DNA from: Calditrichia bacterium | Lineage (GTDB): Bacteria > Calditrichota > Calditrichia > JAJRVZ01 | NCBI GenBank assembly: GCA_963777955.1 | Contig: CAVZSQ010000022.1 | Location: 288,001 to 352,000 of the forward strand | DNA: 64,000 bases | Reading direction: 5' to 3' | The notes under the pieces: model-generated | What the model saw: the letters and a program-made list of their open reading frames with translations, nothing else | The model's database searches: none | Told to the model about the DNA's origin: nothing | Shown here: in pieces, positions 24,825 to 35,531 of the stretch | Layout of the letters: the number at the start of each line of letters is the position of its first letter | Numbering within the stretch: position 1 is the stretch's first letter | Position numbers and translations under genes: made by a program

Positions 24825-26069
24825 TTAATATAAAATTCTGGTGCGGATGGTGCCCTCGATATTTTCCAGGGCAGCCCGCAGATCTTTCGATTGTTCGCGG
24901 GAGGAGAGCGGTTCGATATCGAATACCACGTAACCGATCTCTTTCCTGGTTTCCAGATACTGGCCGGAAACATTGATGCCCATATTGGCGATGATCGCGT
25001 TAATTGCTTTCAGCATACCCGGACGATTCTCATGAATATGCAGCAGCCTGGTCGCTTTCTCATTACGGCGTAAATTGACATTGGGAAAGTTGACCGAGCC
25101 TTCGGTATTGCCCAGATCGCTGAAATTGACCAGCCTGGTCGCCACCTCCGTGCCGATGTTCTTCTGCGCTTCCTGGGTGGAACCGCCGATATGTGGTGTC
25201 AGGATGACGTTTTCAATACCGATCAGCGGTGATTCAAATTTTTCCCGGGCCGAGCCGGGTTCAAAGGGAAAAACATCAACCGCAGCACCCCGCAATTTTC
25301 CCTGCTTCAGTAAAGCAGCCAGGGCCTCTACGTCAACCACCCGGCCGCGGCTGGCATTCAACAGACAGGCTTCATCTTTCATCAGGTCCAGACGTTCATG
25401 GTTCAGCATGTTGATAGTTGTCTCGTCTTCCGGAACGTGCATCGTAACGATATCGGCCATTCTTAACAGGTCGTCCAGGCTGTCAATCTGCCTGGCATTA
25501 CCCAGCGGCAGACGCGTACGGATATCATAATAAATAACCTGCAGGCCGAAGGCCTCGGCCAGTATGGAAACCTGGGAACCAATATGACCGTAACCGATAA
25601 TCCCGATTTTTTTTCCGCGCAGTTCGTTACTGCCCTTGGCCGATTTAATCCAGATATGGCTGTGCGCGGCAATACTCTTGGGAAAAATGCTGCGCATCAG
25701 CATGATCGATAAACCGATCACCAGTTCAGCCACCGAACGGGTGTTGGAGTGAGGGGCATTAAAAACCGGTATGCCCAGCCTGGTCGCCTGGGCCAGATCA
25801 ACCTGATCGGTTCCGATGCAGAAACAGCCGATCGCGATTAATTTAGGAGCATGTTCTAAAATAGTCTGATTGAGTTTGGTGGCGGAGCGGATACCAATCA
25901 TATGGGCGCTCTGTACTTTTTCAATCAACGAAGCTTCGGATAAGGCGGAATTATTAATTTCCACATAATCGTAGCCGTTTTCTCTGAAAACCTCAACTGC
26001 CTGCTGATGGACATTCTCCAGCAGGATTATTTTTATTTTAGCCTTGGATAATGAAAGTGAATTATTCAT
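24825..26069 (-). CDS. serA: D-3-phosphoglycerate dehydrogenase with ACT domain
   Basis: GIRSAT, GCFCIGT, NAPHSNTRSVAE, GIIGYGHIG, TPHIGGST, HIHENRPG. Confidence 0.96.
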   Translation of the reverse strand: MNNSLSLSKAKIKIILLENVHQQAVEVFRENGYDYVEINNSALSEASLIEKVQSAHMIGIRSATKLNQTILEHAPKLIAIGCFCIGTDQVDLAQATRLGIPVFNAPHSNTRSVAELVIGLSIMLMRSIFPKSIAAHSHIWIKSAKGSNELRGKKIGIIGYGHIGSQVSILAEAFGLQVIYYDIRTRLPLGNARQIDSLDDLLRMADIVTMHVPEDETTINMLNHERLDLMKDEACLLNASRGRVVDVEALAALLKQGKLRGAAVDVFPFEPGSAREKFESPLIGIENVILTPHIGGSTQEAQKNIGTEVATRLVNFSDLGNTEGSVNFPNVNLRRNEKATRLLHIHENRPGMLKAINAIIANMGINVSGQYLETRKEIGYVVFDIEPLSSREQSKDLRAALENIEGTIRTRILY

Positions 26070-26248
26070 AAATAAAAATTTTGATATACTTAAATAATTG
26101 ATCAGTATTGTTCAAATTCTACGAACCTTTACTGATCAGATCAATACTATTTAATGGTTTTCAATTAAAGGTAAGATTAAATAAAATAATAAGAATAAAC
26201 TGATCATCCGTATCAAAATAATTTACAGATGATCAGCAATACTCAGTT

Positions 26249-26524
26249 TTACTTTGCTACCATTTTTTTAATCAAACCCACGATAATCATCAGAACACCG
26301 CCGCCGACACCGGATGAAGCAATATTCGCAAGAATACTGCCCAGATCCATTCCTGCCCCAGCCGCAGTACCTACACCCAGCGCGCCCAGTATCTGGCCGC
26401 CCAAGCCGCCGCCCAGGATGCCCACCACCGAATTCCAGATGGTTCCAAGATTATAATTTTTTAGCAGACCACCGGCAATATTACCACCAACGGCGCCACT
26501 CAAAAGACTGATAATAAGTTCCAT
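26249..26524 (-). CDS. Small glycine-rich membrane protein
   Basis: 91 aa, GGAGG RBS, repeated GxxGG hydrophobic helices. Confidence 0.8.
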   Translation of the reverse strand: MELIISLLSGAVGGNIAGGLLKNYNLGTIWNSVVGILGGGLGGQILGALGVGTAAGAGMDLGSILANIASSGVGGGVLMIIVGLIKKMVAK

Positions 26525-26642
26525 CTCACCCTCCTGATTTTTGGTTATACAGATTGATTAAAAATAATCTAACATAAATCACCAATATCTGCAATTTATA
26601 TAATATTCTAAAACTTTGACTATTCTCTATGCCTGCTGAAAT

Positions 26643-27230
26643 TTATACCGCCTTCTGCAATAAAACTGAATAACTAAAACGCACTTCTGGCCAGTCAATG
26701 ACGGATAATCCGGCAGCCCGGGCAGCATCCACCGAGATCATGAAATTATCCCTGGTCACATGCAGTCTGGGTTCCACCAGCAATAAAAATCCATTGGATT
26801 TAAGAATCGCTGAGATCTCGCCTAAAAATGAGTGTTGATCGGGTACCTCATGCAGCATCCAGAAGGCTAAACAAAAATCTATTGGTTCAGTAACTCCGAT
26901 CTTTTCAGCAGTACATTGATGAAAGATAATCCTTTCGGCCAGGCGGGCTTTACGGGCACGATTAAATATGGCCGTCAACATTTCCTGCTGCAGGTCCACG
27001 GCAATAACTTTTCCCGAGTCTCCTACCATTCTTGCCAGCGGGATGGTAAAATAACCCATCCCGGCACCGATATCCATAACCGTCGCTCCCCTGGTGATAA
27101 AAGGGGCCAGCAGGCTTTCAGGATTATGAAATAGTTTTCTGAGAATATTGTCGAAGGTGAAACAGAACCACCAGGGACAGACAAAGGGTTTTTTTGATGG
27201 TGTAGGGTCAGTGACAAGTTTTGGTTTCAT
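26643..27230 (-). CDS. Class I SAM-dependent methyltransferase
   Basis: VCPWW N-terminus, MDIGAGMG motif I, AVDLQ, WMLHEVPD. Confidence 0.9.
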   Translation of the reverse strand: MKPKLVTDPTPSKKPFVCPWWFCFTFDNILRKLFHNPESLLAPFITRGATVMDIGAGMGYFTIPLARMVGDSGKVIAVDLQQEMLTAIFNRARKARLAERIIFHQCTAEKIGVTEPIDFCLAFWMLHEVPDQHSFLGEISAILKSNGFLLLVEPRLHVTRDNFMISVDAARAAGLSVIDWPEVRFSYSVLLQKAV

Positions 27231-27257
27231 GGCTTTGGTTCCAAAAAATTTCCTGTT

Positions 27258-28862
27258 TTATTTTTTTATCACGGCAGGTGTAATTTTACTCTCGCTGGTC
27301 CAGGATAGCAGGTAGAACATACCGGCCAGGGCCAGGTAAGCGAGTGAGAATTGATAGGGTACCTGGCGGGCGGTGCCGGTTAAGTACCACGGCAGATACA
27401 TGGCGCCATCCGGCAGGGCCGAATGAATAATACCAAAAAATGAAAATCCCGCCAGTATAAAAAGGTACAACGCTGAAATTTTCAAACGCCGGTCAATCAG
27501 TTCGGCCAGAAAGGCTGCCCACAGCATCGCGGTCACAATAAATCCGTTACCCAGGGCCACAATAACCTGTAATTCCGGTAAGGCCTTGCCGGGCAGAGTC
27601 ATTAATTTATTGAATATTTCTGGCGGCACCGTTTGCGGATCGCTGAGTTTAATGGCCAGCAGGCGGGCCAGTGTGGGGAAAAAGGCCACGGCCACTGCCG
27701 CCGCATGCCTGCGCGGTGCGACCTGAAATGCCTGCACGATAATCTCCAGGGCCACAAAAACAAGGATCGGTGCCAGCACCGCCCGCGGGATCAGTTCAAC
27801 AATAAACGATACATAGCCGAGAATGCCGCCCAGGCCGACGAAGATACCGGTCAAAAAAGTATAGCCGGCCCGCGCGCCCATATTTTTATAGGCCGGCTGG
27901 CCGATATAAGGGGTCGTTTGAGCCACGCCTCCGCATATTCCGGCAATAAGTGTGGCCAGTGCTTCGGTCAGCAGAATGTCGCGTGTGCGGTAATCGTCCC
28001 CGGCCACCCGCGCACTTTCGCTTACATTGATGCCGCCCACTACCGTGAGAATGGCAAAAGGAATGGCTAAGGGCAGGTATTTCAGAGCAGGAACAATACC
28101 CTGCATAAAATCAAGTGTCGGAGCAGGAAATCCGAAATGAAAGTCCAGAGGCGGTAAACCAGTATAGATTCCGCCGATGATTCCAGCCGGTCCAAGCAGA
28201 TAATAGAGCACAGTACCGCTGACGATGGCTGCCAGCACTCCCGGAATTTTTCCCGGCAGCCGGATACCGGCAATGAGGGTATAAAAAATCAAACCCAGGG
28301 CGATCAGCCCAACCAGGGGCATACCGAAAATATCGAGCAGGGGAGCCATGCCGATAAGTCCGAGTCCGATACCGGCCAGTGAACCGAGCAGTCCGGCCTG
28401 GGGCATAATGCGTTGCACCCAGTTGCCGAAGAAGGAGAAAATAAGTTTAATGATGCCCATGAAGATCATGGTAGCCATACCGATATACCAGGTCATCATG
28501 GCTGCATCGTGCTCAGGATATCCCTCCGCTTTTAAACCCATAAAGGCCGGACCAAGCACGACCAGCACCAGTCCGATGGTCGAGGGGGTATCCAGGCCAA
28601 GCGGCATGGCTGTGACATTTTGATTGCCTGTTTTTCTGGCCAGCCGGCAGGCCATCCAGGTATAGATCAGGTCGCCCAGCAAAACACCCAGGGCTGTACC
28701 CGGAAACATACGGGTATAGATTATATCCGCCGGGAAATTGAATACCAGGATAAGTACACCGGCGAGAAAGGAGAGCACGGTCAGGTTATCAAACATTAAA
28801 CCAAAGAAGCCGTTTAAATCCCCTACCACTAGCCAGTGATACTTATATTTGGTGTCCTGCAT
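27258..28862 (-). CDS. AzgA/NCS2-like xanthine/uracil/vitamin C permease family transporter
   Basis: 534 aa polytopic membrane protein with GDLNGFFGL, TAMPLGLDTP, ESARVAGD and TTPYIGQPAYK. Confidence 0.82.
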   Translation of the reverse strand: MQDTKYKYHWLVVGDLNGFFGLMFDNLTVLSFLAGVLILVFNFPADIIYTRMFPGTALGVLLGDLIYTWMACRLARKTGNQNVTAMPLGLDTPSTIGLVLVVLGPAFMGLKAEGYPEHDAAMMTWYIGMATMIFMGIIKLIFSFFGNWVQRIMPQAGLLGSLAGIGLGLIGMAPLLDIFGMPLVGLIALGLIFYTLIAGIRLPGKIPGVLAAIVSGTVLYYLLGPAGIIGGIYTGLPPLDFHFGFPAPTLDFMQGIVPALKYLPLAIPFAILTVVGGINVSESARVAGDDYRTRDILLTEALATLIAGICGGVAQTTPYIGQPAYKNMGARAGYTFLTGIFVGLGGILGYVSFIVELIPRAVLAPILVFVALEIIVQAFQVAPRRHAAAVAVAFFPTLARLLAIKLSDPQTVPPEIFNKLMTLPGKALPELQVIVALGNGFIVTAMLWAAFLAELIDRRLKISALYLFILAGFSFFGIIHSALPDGAMYLPWYLTGTARQVPYQFSLAYLALAGMFYLLSWTSESKITPAVIKK

Positions 28863-29145
28863 GATCCATATTCCTAAAGATTTGGCATTAAATTAATTTA
28901 TTTTTAAGATTTATGCCTGCATAAAATAACATATATAAAATAATGAAAGAAGATAATATAAGAGATGGTTCTTTATCTATTTATTGAATTAAATCCTAGT
29001 TTTGACGTCCTGATCGATTCATTATGTTGAATTGATTTGTGTTAATATAAAAGTGATTAAAATGAAGATCGAATCTTTTGGCAAATATATAAATATCGTC
29101 AGTAAAAGTTTCATCTTATAAAATGAGCCTGTCCACTTTTAATGC

Positions 29146-30321
29146 TTATTCTTTTCTGACATTTTCCATTATTTTCTTTTGATTGAAATGTTGTGCAGAT
29201 TTATTAATAGTATTAATGGGTGTTATACTCATATCTGGTATAATAAACTCAGCAACGGTCCATACTTGTCCCACGCTCATCGAGTCAGGTGCATTAAATT
29301 CGTAAGTTGAATCATTCAGGCTTACATAAACACTCGGTGCTACTAGAACAGCATCGTTGAAGACATTTGAAAAATAGACTACGTTAATTTGGTACGCACC
29401 GTCCGGCGTTTCATTCATGTATAAAATTTCCTGACAAGAGTTATCGCCATAAGGATTTGAATCCTCATATAATACAGGATTATCCCTTTGATTGTCTTGA
29501 GCACCCCAATCGGGATTAGGATTTTTATACCAGCAGCTATCATTGAGTTCTTTATTAATCAAATGTAAGTCAAAATCACCAGCGGGATTATCATGGCTAT
29601 ACCAATAAAGCTCAATGTCAGTCTGTTCTATTCTGGATATAATGAAAGTTGTTGTATAGCAGTTCTCATTTATCTGTGAAGAATGTCCAGGCCATACTTT
29701 AACTTCACAGAGTCCTTCCTGAACGGGAAGTTTTTGGTAAAAGAATCCTTTTGACGTTTCAGTATAGTATAGAGTTGAATTATAAAGTACGGTAAGTTGT
29801 GTATCCTGATAGACAGAATAACGTCGATTGTAATTTACAAGACAACCTGCCAGCAATAAGGAATCACTGCCGATATCATCAAAATCAATGATACTTGTAT
29901 CATTATGTGAAAGATACCTTCCGTTACCATTTGAATATAGAATGTACAAGGCCCTCAGGAATGAAGGTTGATTAAAATTTTCTGATATTTCAAATATAAT
30001 ATCATTAATGTTAGTTGTTTGACCGGATTTAACAATAACATCATTCACTTTTTCGGTCCAATAATAATTGACTTCAAGATCATAATTGCCTTCCGGTATA
30101 TTAAAAAGAATAAAATTTCCCAGCGAATCTGTACTGGCCCGTACTGAAGTCCCGGGTATCTCCACACCTGCATGCTCGAGTGGTGCATAAATGGTATCAC
30201 TCTTACTCATTACCCGTCCCTTAATATGTCCCATTTCAGAAATGTTCACGATTTTTTCCTCAGTACAACCAGCCAAAATAAAAAATGTAAGGCAGATAAA
30301 TTTGAAACTTATAGATCTCAT
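29146..30321 (-). CDS. Lipoprotein with carboxypeptidase-regulatory-like (Ig-like) domain and a C-terminal DFDLHL domain
   Basis: Lipobox LAGC, GHIKGRV...TDSLGNFILFNIPEGNYDL, then DFDLHL..SCWYKNPNPDWG. Visibly AT-rich. Confidence 0.75.
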   Translation of the reverse strand: MRSISFKFICLTFFILAGCTEEKIVNISEMGHIKGRVMSKSDTIYAPLEHAGVEIPGTSVRASTDSLGNFILFNIPEGNYDLEVNYYWTEKVNDVIVKSGQTTNINDIIFEISENFNQPSFLRALYILYSNGNGRYLSHNDTSIIDFDDIGSDSLLLAGCLVNYNRRYSVYQDTQLTVLYNSTLYYTETSKGFFYQKLPVQEGLCEVKVWPGHSSQINENCYTTTFIISRIEQTDIELYWYSHDNPAGDFDLHLINKELNDSCWYKNPNPDWGAQDNQRDNPVLYEDSNPYGDNSCQEILYMNETPDGAYQINVVYFSNVFNDAVLVAPSVYVSLNDSTYEFNAPDSMSVGQVWTVAEFIIPDMSITPINTINKSAQHFNQKKIMENVRKE

Positions 30322-30440
30322 TTGATATCTCCTCTTATATTGAATAGTATTATGTCTGATTCTGTATGTAAACGAAACAGACTTTATACCATCCCTCTGG
30401 CACTGAGTTTCTTATCTGATACTAGATTTATAAAATACGT

Positions 30441-31392
30441 TCAATGCATTTTCTGTTGCATTATCTCAAATACTCGTGCTGAAAGTTTTTTAAATATTGG
30501 TAATGCCTTTTCTTCTGTCAGTGGCAGAAAGCAGGTAATGATATAACGGACTTCACCGTCATCGACAATGGCCGCATCATTGGTCCAATAGGAATACCAG
30601 CCGGTTTTATGATACATCATCACGTTGGAGGGTAATCCGGTGGCTAATTTGGATTTATCCAGTTGCCGGCCCAGAAATGTTTTCAGTTGCATGCTTACCC
30701 ACGGATTTACCAGTTGATTGGTATAAATCCTGTAAAGAAAATCAGCAGCGTGCAAGGCGCAGGTTTCGGTGCCGCGGATTTTTTCGTACCCCGGATCTTC
30801 GTATTTCCTTTTTAGAAATTTGCGGGTTACCTCGCTGCCGTACCAGCCGCAGGAATGCAGCAGGCTGTCGATGTTCTTTCGTCCATGTTTTTCGTCCGGC
30901 CAGATCGATCAGGCAGTTGGCGGCCGAATTATCGCTGCGGGTGATCATCAGGTCCAGCAGATAATTTACCGTGACCGAATCGCCCCTCTGCAAAAGCGGG
31001 CGCGGATCGGATTTGATTTCACGCCAGGTATCCACCACGTTGGGTGAATCGGCGATACAAATAGTGGTCAGCGCATAGCGGCTCCGGCTGATTTGTTGTA
31101 ATACCCCGGCAGCCACGTACATTTTGTATACCGAGGCGGGATAGATGAAATTCTCGTAATGTACACCACCCAGTTTTGGCGGATTTGAATTCAAATCGAT
31201 AACTGCCAGGGAGATCTGTTCGATGCCATCCTCACCGACATCGAAATCCTTATCGAGATCCAGGTTGTGGATTATATTTTTCAATACTGCTGATAGTTTT
31301 GTATCGAGTTGATAATAAACAGGAACATTCACATCTTGGGAATAAAGTAAAGTCACCAGAATGAAAAACAACAGAACTATTCGTTTATTCAC
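30441..31392 (-). CDS. Serine hydrolase of class A beta-lactamase fold; frame broken near 30880
   Basis: SxxK (ASVYK) and SDN (RSDNSA) in ORF 30742..31392; KTG (HKTGW) in ORF 30441..30755. Confidence 0.85.
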
Positions 31393-31451
31393 AGATCTTC
31401 TTCCCCGGATAAGTTTCTCAGCGCATAAATTTTTATCTTTATATTGTATAT

Positions 31452-31585
31452 CTGCGACCTTTGCGTCGAAGACCTTGGCGTCCTTAGCGTTTTGCTTTTA
31501 TCTTTTTTTAACGCAAAGGGCACAGAGGTTATCGCAAAGGACGCTAAGATTATCTTTACCCTTTACCCCTTCCCCTTTTCCCTCA
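31452..31585. repeat. Composite repeat: inverted periodic arms plus a 7-nt pyrimidine tract, 3' of dctM
   Basis: CTTTGCG/CTTGGCG/CTTAGCG arm versus CGCAAAG/CGCTAAG arm, then CTTTACC-CTTTACC-CCTTCCC. Confidence 0.6.
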
Positions 31586-31586
31586 G

Positions 31587-32855
31587 TTATTTATTCCCAA
31601 TAAACATCAGGCTGATCTCCGGAACGTATGTAATCAACAACAACACCAGTACCAGCAGCAGGAAAAAGGGCAAAACGGTGCGATACACCTCCGGCAGCGG
31701 CTTTTTAAATCGCAGACTGGACAGGAACAGATTCAAGCCCAGCGGCGGAGTCATATAACCTATTTCCAGATTCAATAAAAAGATAATACCCAGATGAACC
31801 GGATTGATGCCGTACTGCAAAGCCACCGGCACAATCAGCGGTACTACAATAATGATTGCGGAAAAAATTTCTATCATATTCATTATTAAAATAAAAATAT
31901 TTAAAATTATGAGGAAGACTACTTTACTGCTGACATACTGACTGACCAGGGCAAACATTTTCATCGGAATCTGTTCGTCAATCAGGTAATTGGTAACTCC
32001 CAGAGAGGCGCCCAGCATCATCAGAATAGCACCGACCAATATCATACTTTCCCGTATCACCCGCGGCAGGTCGCTGAAAAATTTTACTTCGCGGTGAATG
32101 AATACCTCGACGAGCAGTACATAGGCTGCTGTTACTGCCGCTGCTTCCGTGGCAGTGAAAAATCCGCCATAAATACCGCCGATAACTACAACCGGCAGGG
32201 GCGCTTCCCAGGCGGCTTCTTTAAAGGCCAGGTATACTGCTTTCCAGGTGAAGGGAATCCGCGGAACATGAGCGATCAAACCGGTGCGGATACCGTACAG
32301 CGACAGAATGATGATCAGCAATATACCCGGAATTAATCCGGCCAGGAACAATTGATCGATGTTAACGGCAGCGATAATACTATACAAAATAATGGGCAGG
32401 GAAGGGGGGAAGAGCAATCCTAAACTGCCGGAGGTGGTCACCAGTCCCAGAGCAAATTTTTCGGGATACTTATGCTGGATCAGGGCCGGATAGATCAATC
32501 CGCCCAGGGCAATAATCGTAACTCCAGAAGCCCCACTGAAAGCGGTAAAAATGGCGGTGGATAATAGTGCCACTACGGCCAGTCCGCCCGGCATCCAGCC
32601 AAACAAGGACTGGGCCAGTTTAATCATCCGCCTGGGGGCCTGGCTTTCAGCCAGAATAAAACCGGCAAAGGTAAACAGGGGTACGGCAATCAGGGCGGGC
32701 ATATCAACCAGGCGATAGAGTTCAATCATCATCGCCGAAGTATCCATCCCTGCCGAGATAAAGGCGATCAGGCCAATGGCTGCGATTATGGTGAATAAGG
32801 GTGCCCCGGCCAGCGCCAGCGCCACCAGTATCAGAATTATTAACCAGATTGTCAT
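31587..32855 (-). CDS. dctM: TRAP transporter large permease
   Basis: AVPLFTFAG, GSLGLLFPPS, TATEAA, INPVHLG, GYMTPPLGLNLF. Confidence 0.93.
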   Translation of the reverse strand: MTIWLIILILVALALAGAPLFTIIAAIGLIAFISAGMDTSAMMIELYRLVDMPALIAVPLFTFAGFILAESQAPRRMIKLAQSLFGWMPGGLAVVALLSTAIFTAFSGASGVTIIALGGLIYPALIQHKYPEKFALGLVTTSGSLGLLFPPSLPIILYSIIAAVNIDQLFLAGLIPGILLIIILSLYGIRTGLIAHVPRIPFTWKAVYLAFKEAAWEAPLPVVVIGGIYGGFFTATEAAAVTAAYVLLVEVFIHREVKFFSDLPRVIRESMILVGAILMMLGASLGVTNYLIDEQIPMKMFALVSQYVSSKVVFLIILNIFILIMNMIEIFSAIIIVVPLIVPVALQYGINPVHLGIIFLLNLEIGYMTPPLGLNLFLSSLRFKKPLPEVYRTVLPFFLLLVLVLLLITYVPEISLMFIGNK

Positions 32856-33361
32856 GATGCCGCCACCTCCGTCTCGGTTTTAGCTGTGGCCTTGTTGATG
32901 CTCTCGATCATCCGGATCAGGAACTGGATCATCATCAGGGTAAATCCCACCGGTACAATCATGGCAGCAGTTTTTTGAGAAAGGCCCAAAAAAAGTATGG
33001 AGTCTGCGTCCATCCCCAGCAGCACAAACGTCCAGCCGGCCCGGATTAAAAAGTAACAGATCACGGCAGCAAACAGGTCGCTGAAGGCATTGAACCACAG
33101 CCGGACTTTGGGTTTCAGAAAGCGGGTCAGGACATCAATGCGCAGGTGCCGGTCCTCCCGGGTAGCCAGGTAGGCGCCCAGAAAACCCACCCACATGACC
33201 AGATAACGTGCTGCTATATCCCCCCACAGAGTGCCGCTATGAAAAATAAGCCGCAGGATAACCTGTACCGCGGACATGGTCAGCATGGTTACCAGTGAAA
33301 GTACAAGTAAAGCAGAAACGATTTTGGTTAAAATACGATCGAACATCCGCAGGATTTTCAT
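32852..33361 (-). CDS. dctQ: TRAP transporter small permease
   Basis: Four TM segments, ARYLVMWVGFLGA..HLRID; its stop overlaps the dctM start. Confidence 0.9.
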   Translation of the reverse strand: MKILRMFDRILTKIVSALLVLSLVTMLTMSAVQVILRLIFHSGTLWGDIAARYLVMWVGFLGAYLATREDRHLRIDVLTRFLKPKVRLWFNAFSDLFAAVICYFLIRAGWTFVLLGMDADSILFLGLSQKTAAMIVPVGFTLMMIQFLIRMIESINKATAKTETEVAAS

Positions 33362-33505
33362 CTATGCCTCTTTCTTTATACCGCGTGATTTTGTTTAATC
33401 AACTCTATTCGACCCCTAAGCGGTCTCAATATTAATAATTAATTTTTGATTTTGTACAGATATTTGATGCCTATGGTATTTTAATTTAATTTTTGTTAAT
33501 TCTTT

Positions 33506-33577
33506 GGGCGCATATAAAATGCGCCCCTACTGTGTGCCTCTGTGCCTTTTTTCTTTGTCTCTCTGTCCCTTTGTACC
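33506..33577 (-). repeat. GTAG-type REP preceded by an 8-nt periodic tract, directly 3' of nadE
   Basis: Minus strand: GGTACAAA-GGGACAGA-GAGACAAA...GGCACAGA-GGCACACA, then GTAGGGGCGCATTTTATATGCGCCC. Confidence 0.7.
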
Positions 33578-34567
33578 TTAAATATTTTCCACCGTAAACG
33601 GCATCACCCGCAGATGGGCAGTAGCATGATGTTTGGTAGTGAAATCTTTATACGCCCTTTTAACGGCATCTTCAGGCAGATTCAAAACTTTAGCGACTTC
33701 GGCAGTGGCTTCTTTATGCTCCCAACCGTACAGCAGAAAATCCAGTTTATCAAAAGGAATCCGGAAAAAGAATTCCTGGTCGGTTACCGGTAAACTGAAA
33801 GTGTCCGGACTGGGTTGGCGTTTTATAATTTCCGGGATTATTTTAAGGTAATCAGCCAGTTGATATACCTGGTTCTTGTACAAATGGGCAATCGGTTCTA
33901 TATCGGTGCCGCCATCGCCATATTTACAAAAATCCCCCAGTAAAAATTCGGTGCGATTGGAAGTTCCAGCTACCAGCATACTGCGCCGGTCGGCCTCGGC
34001 ATACAGGTGCAGCATCCGCGAACGTATTTTTATATTAGCGTAGGAGGTAACGGCGCGAAACTCTTCCAGAGTCAGTCGCTTCTTTTTCAACCCGCCGTCG
34101 GGCATCTGTACTTGCAGGTTATAAAATGAAAAGGAGTCCCGCTCCAGCAGATCGGTCGGCAGGGTAATGTTATATTTGTATCCGGGTTTATACTCAGGTA
34201 CCAGTTTTTGGATATATTCGTCACGCCGGTTATAAGCAGCCACGCTCTCCACGGTGGGGGTTATATCGATCTGGCGATATTCAATACCCAGTTGTTTGGC
34301 ATGCTTGATGGCAAATTCACTGCTGACCGGATTGGATTCTTTTTCGGGCAGTACCAGTCCGACTACCTTGTCTTTACCCATGGCCTGCACCGACAGGGCA
34401 GCAGTACAGGCGCTGTCGATACCGCCGCTCAGACCGACTACTATCCCTTTTCTGCGGTAATTAATAGTAACCTGCTCTACAGTAAACTTGACCAACCGTT
34501 CCAGTTCTTTAGCCGGATCGATATTTAAAACATTTAAATTGAATATCATCCTGTATCTCCTGTTCAA
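33578..34567 (-). CDS. nadE: NH3-dependent NAD+ synthetase (no glutaminase domain)
   Basis: GLSGGIDS, NIKIRSRM, GTSNRTE, KYGDGG, YKNQVY, PSPDT. Confidence 0.9.
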   Translation of the reverse strand: MNRRYRMIFNLNVLNIDPAKELERLVKFTVEQVTINYRRKGIVVGLSGGIDSACTAALSVQAMGKDKVVGLVLPEKESNPVSSEFAIKHAKQLGIEYRQIDITPTVESVAAYNRRDEYIQKLVPEYKPGYKYNITLPTDLLERDSFSFYNLQVQMPDGGLKKKRLTLEEFRAVTSYANIKIRSRMLHLYAEADRRSMLVAGTSNRTEFLLGDFCKYGDGGTDIEPIAHLYKNQVYQLADYLKIIPEIIKRQPSPDTFSLPVTDQEFFFRIPFDKLDFLLYGWEHKEATAEVAKVLNLPEDAVKRAYKDFTTKHHATAHLRVMPFTVENI

Positions 34568-34679
34568 TTTTCGGGTGAAGATATAATCTATTATTTTCTA
34601 AATTAAAAAGCGAAAATTATACTTCGAAGATTGCTCACCTCCCCGAGCGGGATTCGAAATGACATCTATTTTTTGTCAT

Positions 34680-35516
34680 TTACCGTTTTTTACAATCTAT
34701 GGTGACAAACGGTATGGTCAAATCGATCTCGCCATTTTTTTGGGCCTGCTGGTTTAGCTCGGTTTCGATCTGATCAAAGATGTGAACCAGATCCTTTGGA
34801 TCAGGAATTTTTTTCCAGCTGTCCAGGAACCAGTTTTTAATAAAGTAGTGATTTAACATCGTTGTGCCGTCGGCAAACCGGAACCTGAATGAATCTTCAA
34901 TTACATTCCTGATCTGAAAACCTGTTTCACGTAATATCAACTTTATCTCTGCCAGCGGCCTGCGCTTATCATAGATATGCTGTTTCACTTTCGGCAAGGC
35001 CTCGAAAATTTTATTTTGCTTCAGAATTTTCTGAAAAACCGAATAAAATTCTATCATGGTCTTTTCCAGATTCAGAGTAAAAACCAGTTGTGCACCTGAC
35101 TTGCCGACCCGGAAACATTCCCGGATGGACTGTTTCATATCACGGACATTATTGATTCCGTTATTGGACACAATCAGATCGAAACATTCGTCAGGGAAGG
35201 GCATCTGCTCGGCATGACCGTTAATCACCAGAGTATTTTTTATGGCATATACCCTGAGTTTTAAGTTTACTCTTTGCAGAGCCTGCTGCCATGGATCTAG
35301 GCCATAAACTTTCGCTGTATTGCCCAGCCGGGAGGCAATCTCGATCAAAGGAAAACCGGGACCACAGCCCAGGTCCAGAACTTTAGAATTCTGTTTTAAT
35401 TCGATTACTTCCAGCAGACGTAAGCCAAAAGGAGCCGACCATAACGGCAGTTCATCGATTGCCGAAACCAGATCCGGATCAGCGGTATTGACGGTATGGG
35501 TCAGATATTCTTTCAT
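34680..35516 (-). CDS. Class I SAM-dependent methyltransferase
   Basis: DELPLWSAPFG, LDLGCGPG, FDLIVSNNG. Confidence 0.9.
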   Translation of the reverse strand: MKEYLTHTVNTADPDLVSAIDELPLWSAPFGLRLLEVIELKQNSKVLDLGCGPGFPLIEIASRLGNTAKVYGLDPWQQALQRVNLKLRVYAIKNTLVINGHAEQMPFPDECFDLIVSNNGINNVRDMKQSIRECFRVGKSGAQLVFTLNLEKTMIEFYSVFQKILKQNKIFEALPKVKQHIYDKRRPLAEIKLILRETGFQIRNVIEDSFRFRFADGTTMLNHYFIKNWFLDSWKKIPDPKDLVHIFDQIETELNQQAQKNGEIDLTIPFVTIDCKKR

Positions 35517-35531
35517 TTTTCTGTTCTCAAA

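Noticed and set aside
28863..29145. Purine riboswitch upstream of the AzgA-like permease
   Set aside because: AT-rich leader with no recognisable aptamer core by eye; an Rfam scan would settle it.
30441..31392. Functional antibiotic-resistance beta-lactamase
   Set aside because: SxxK, SDN and KTG are shared with non-resistance serine hydrolases, I cannot confirm the omega-loop glutamate, and the frame is broken.
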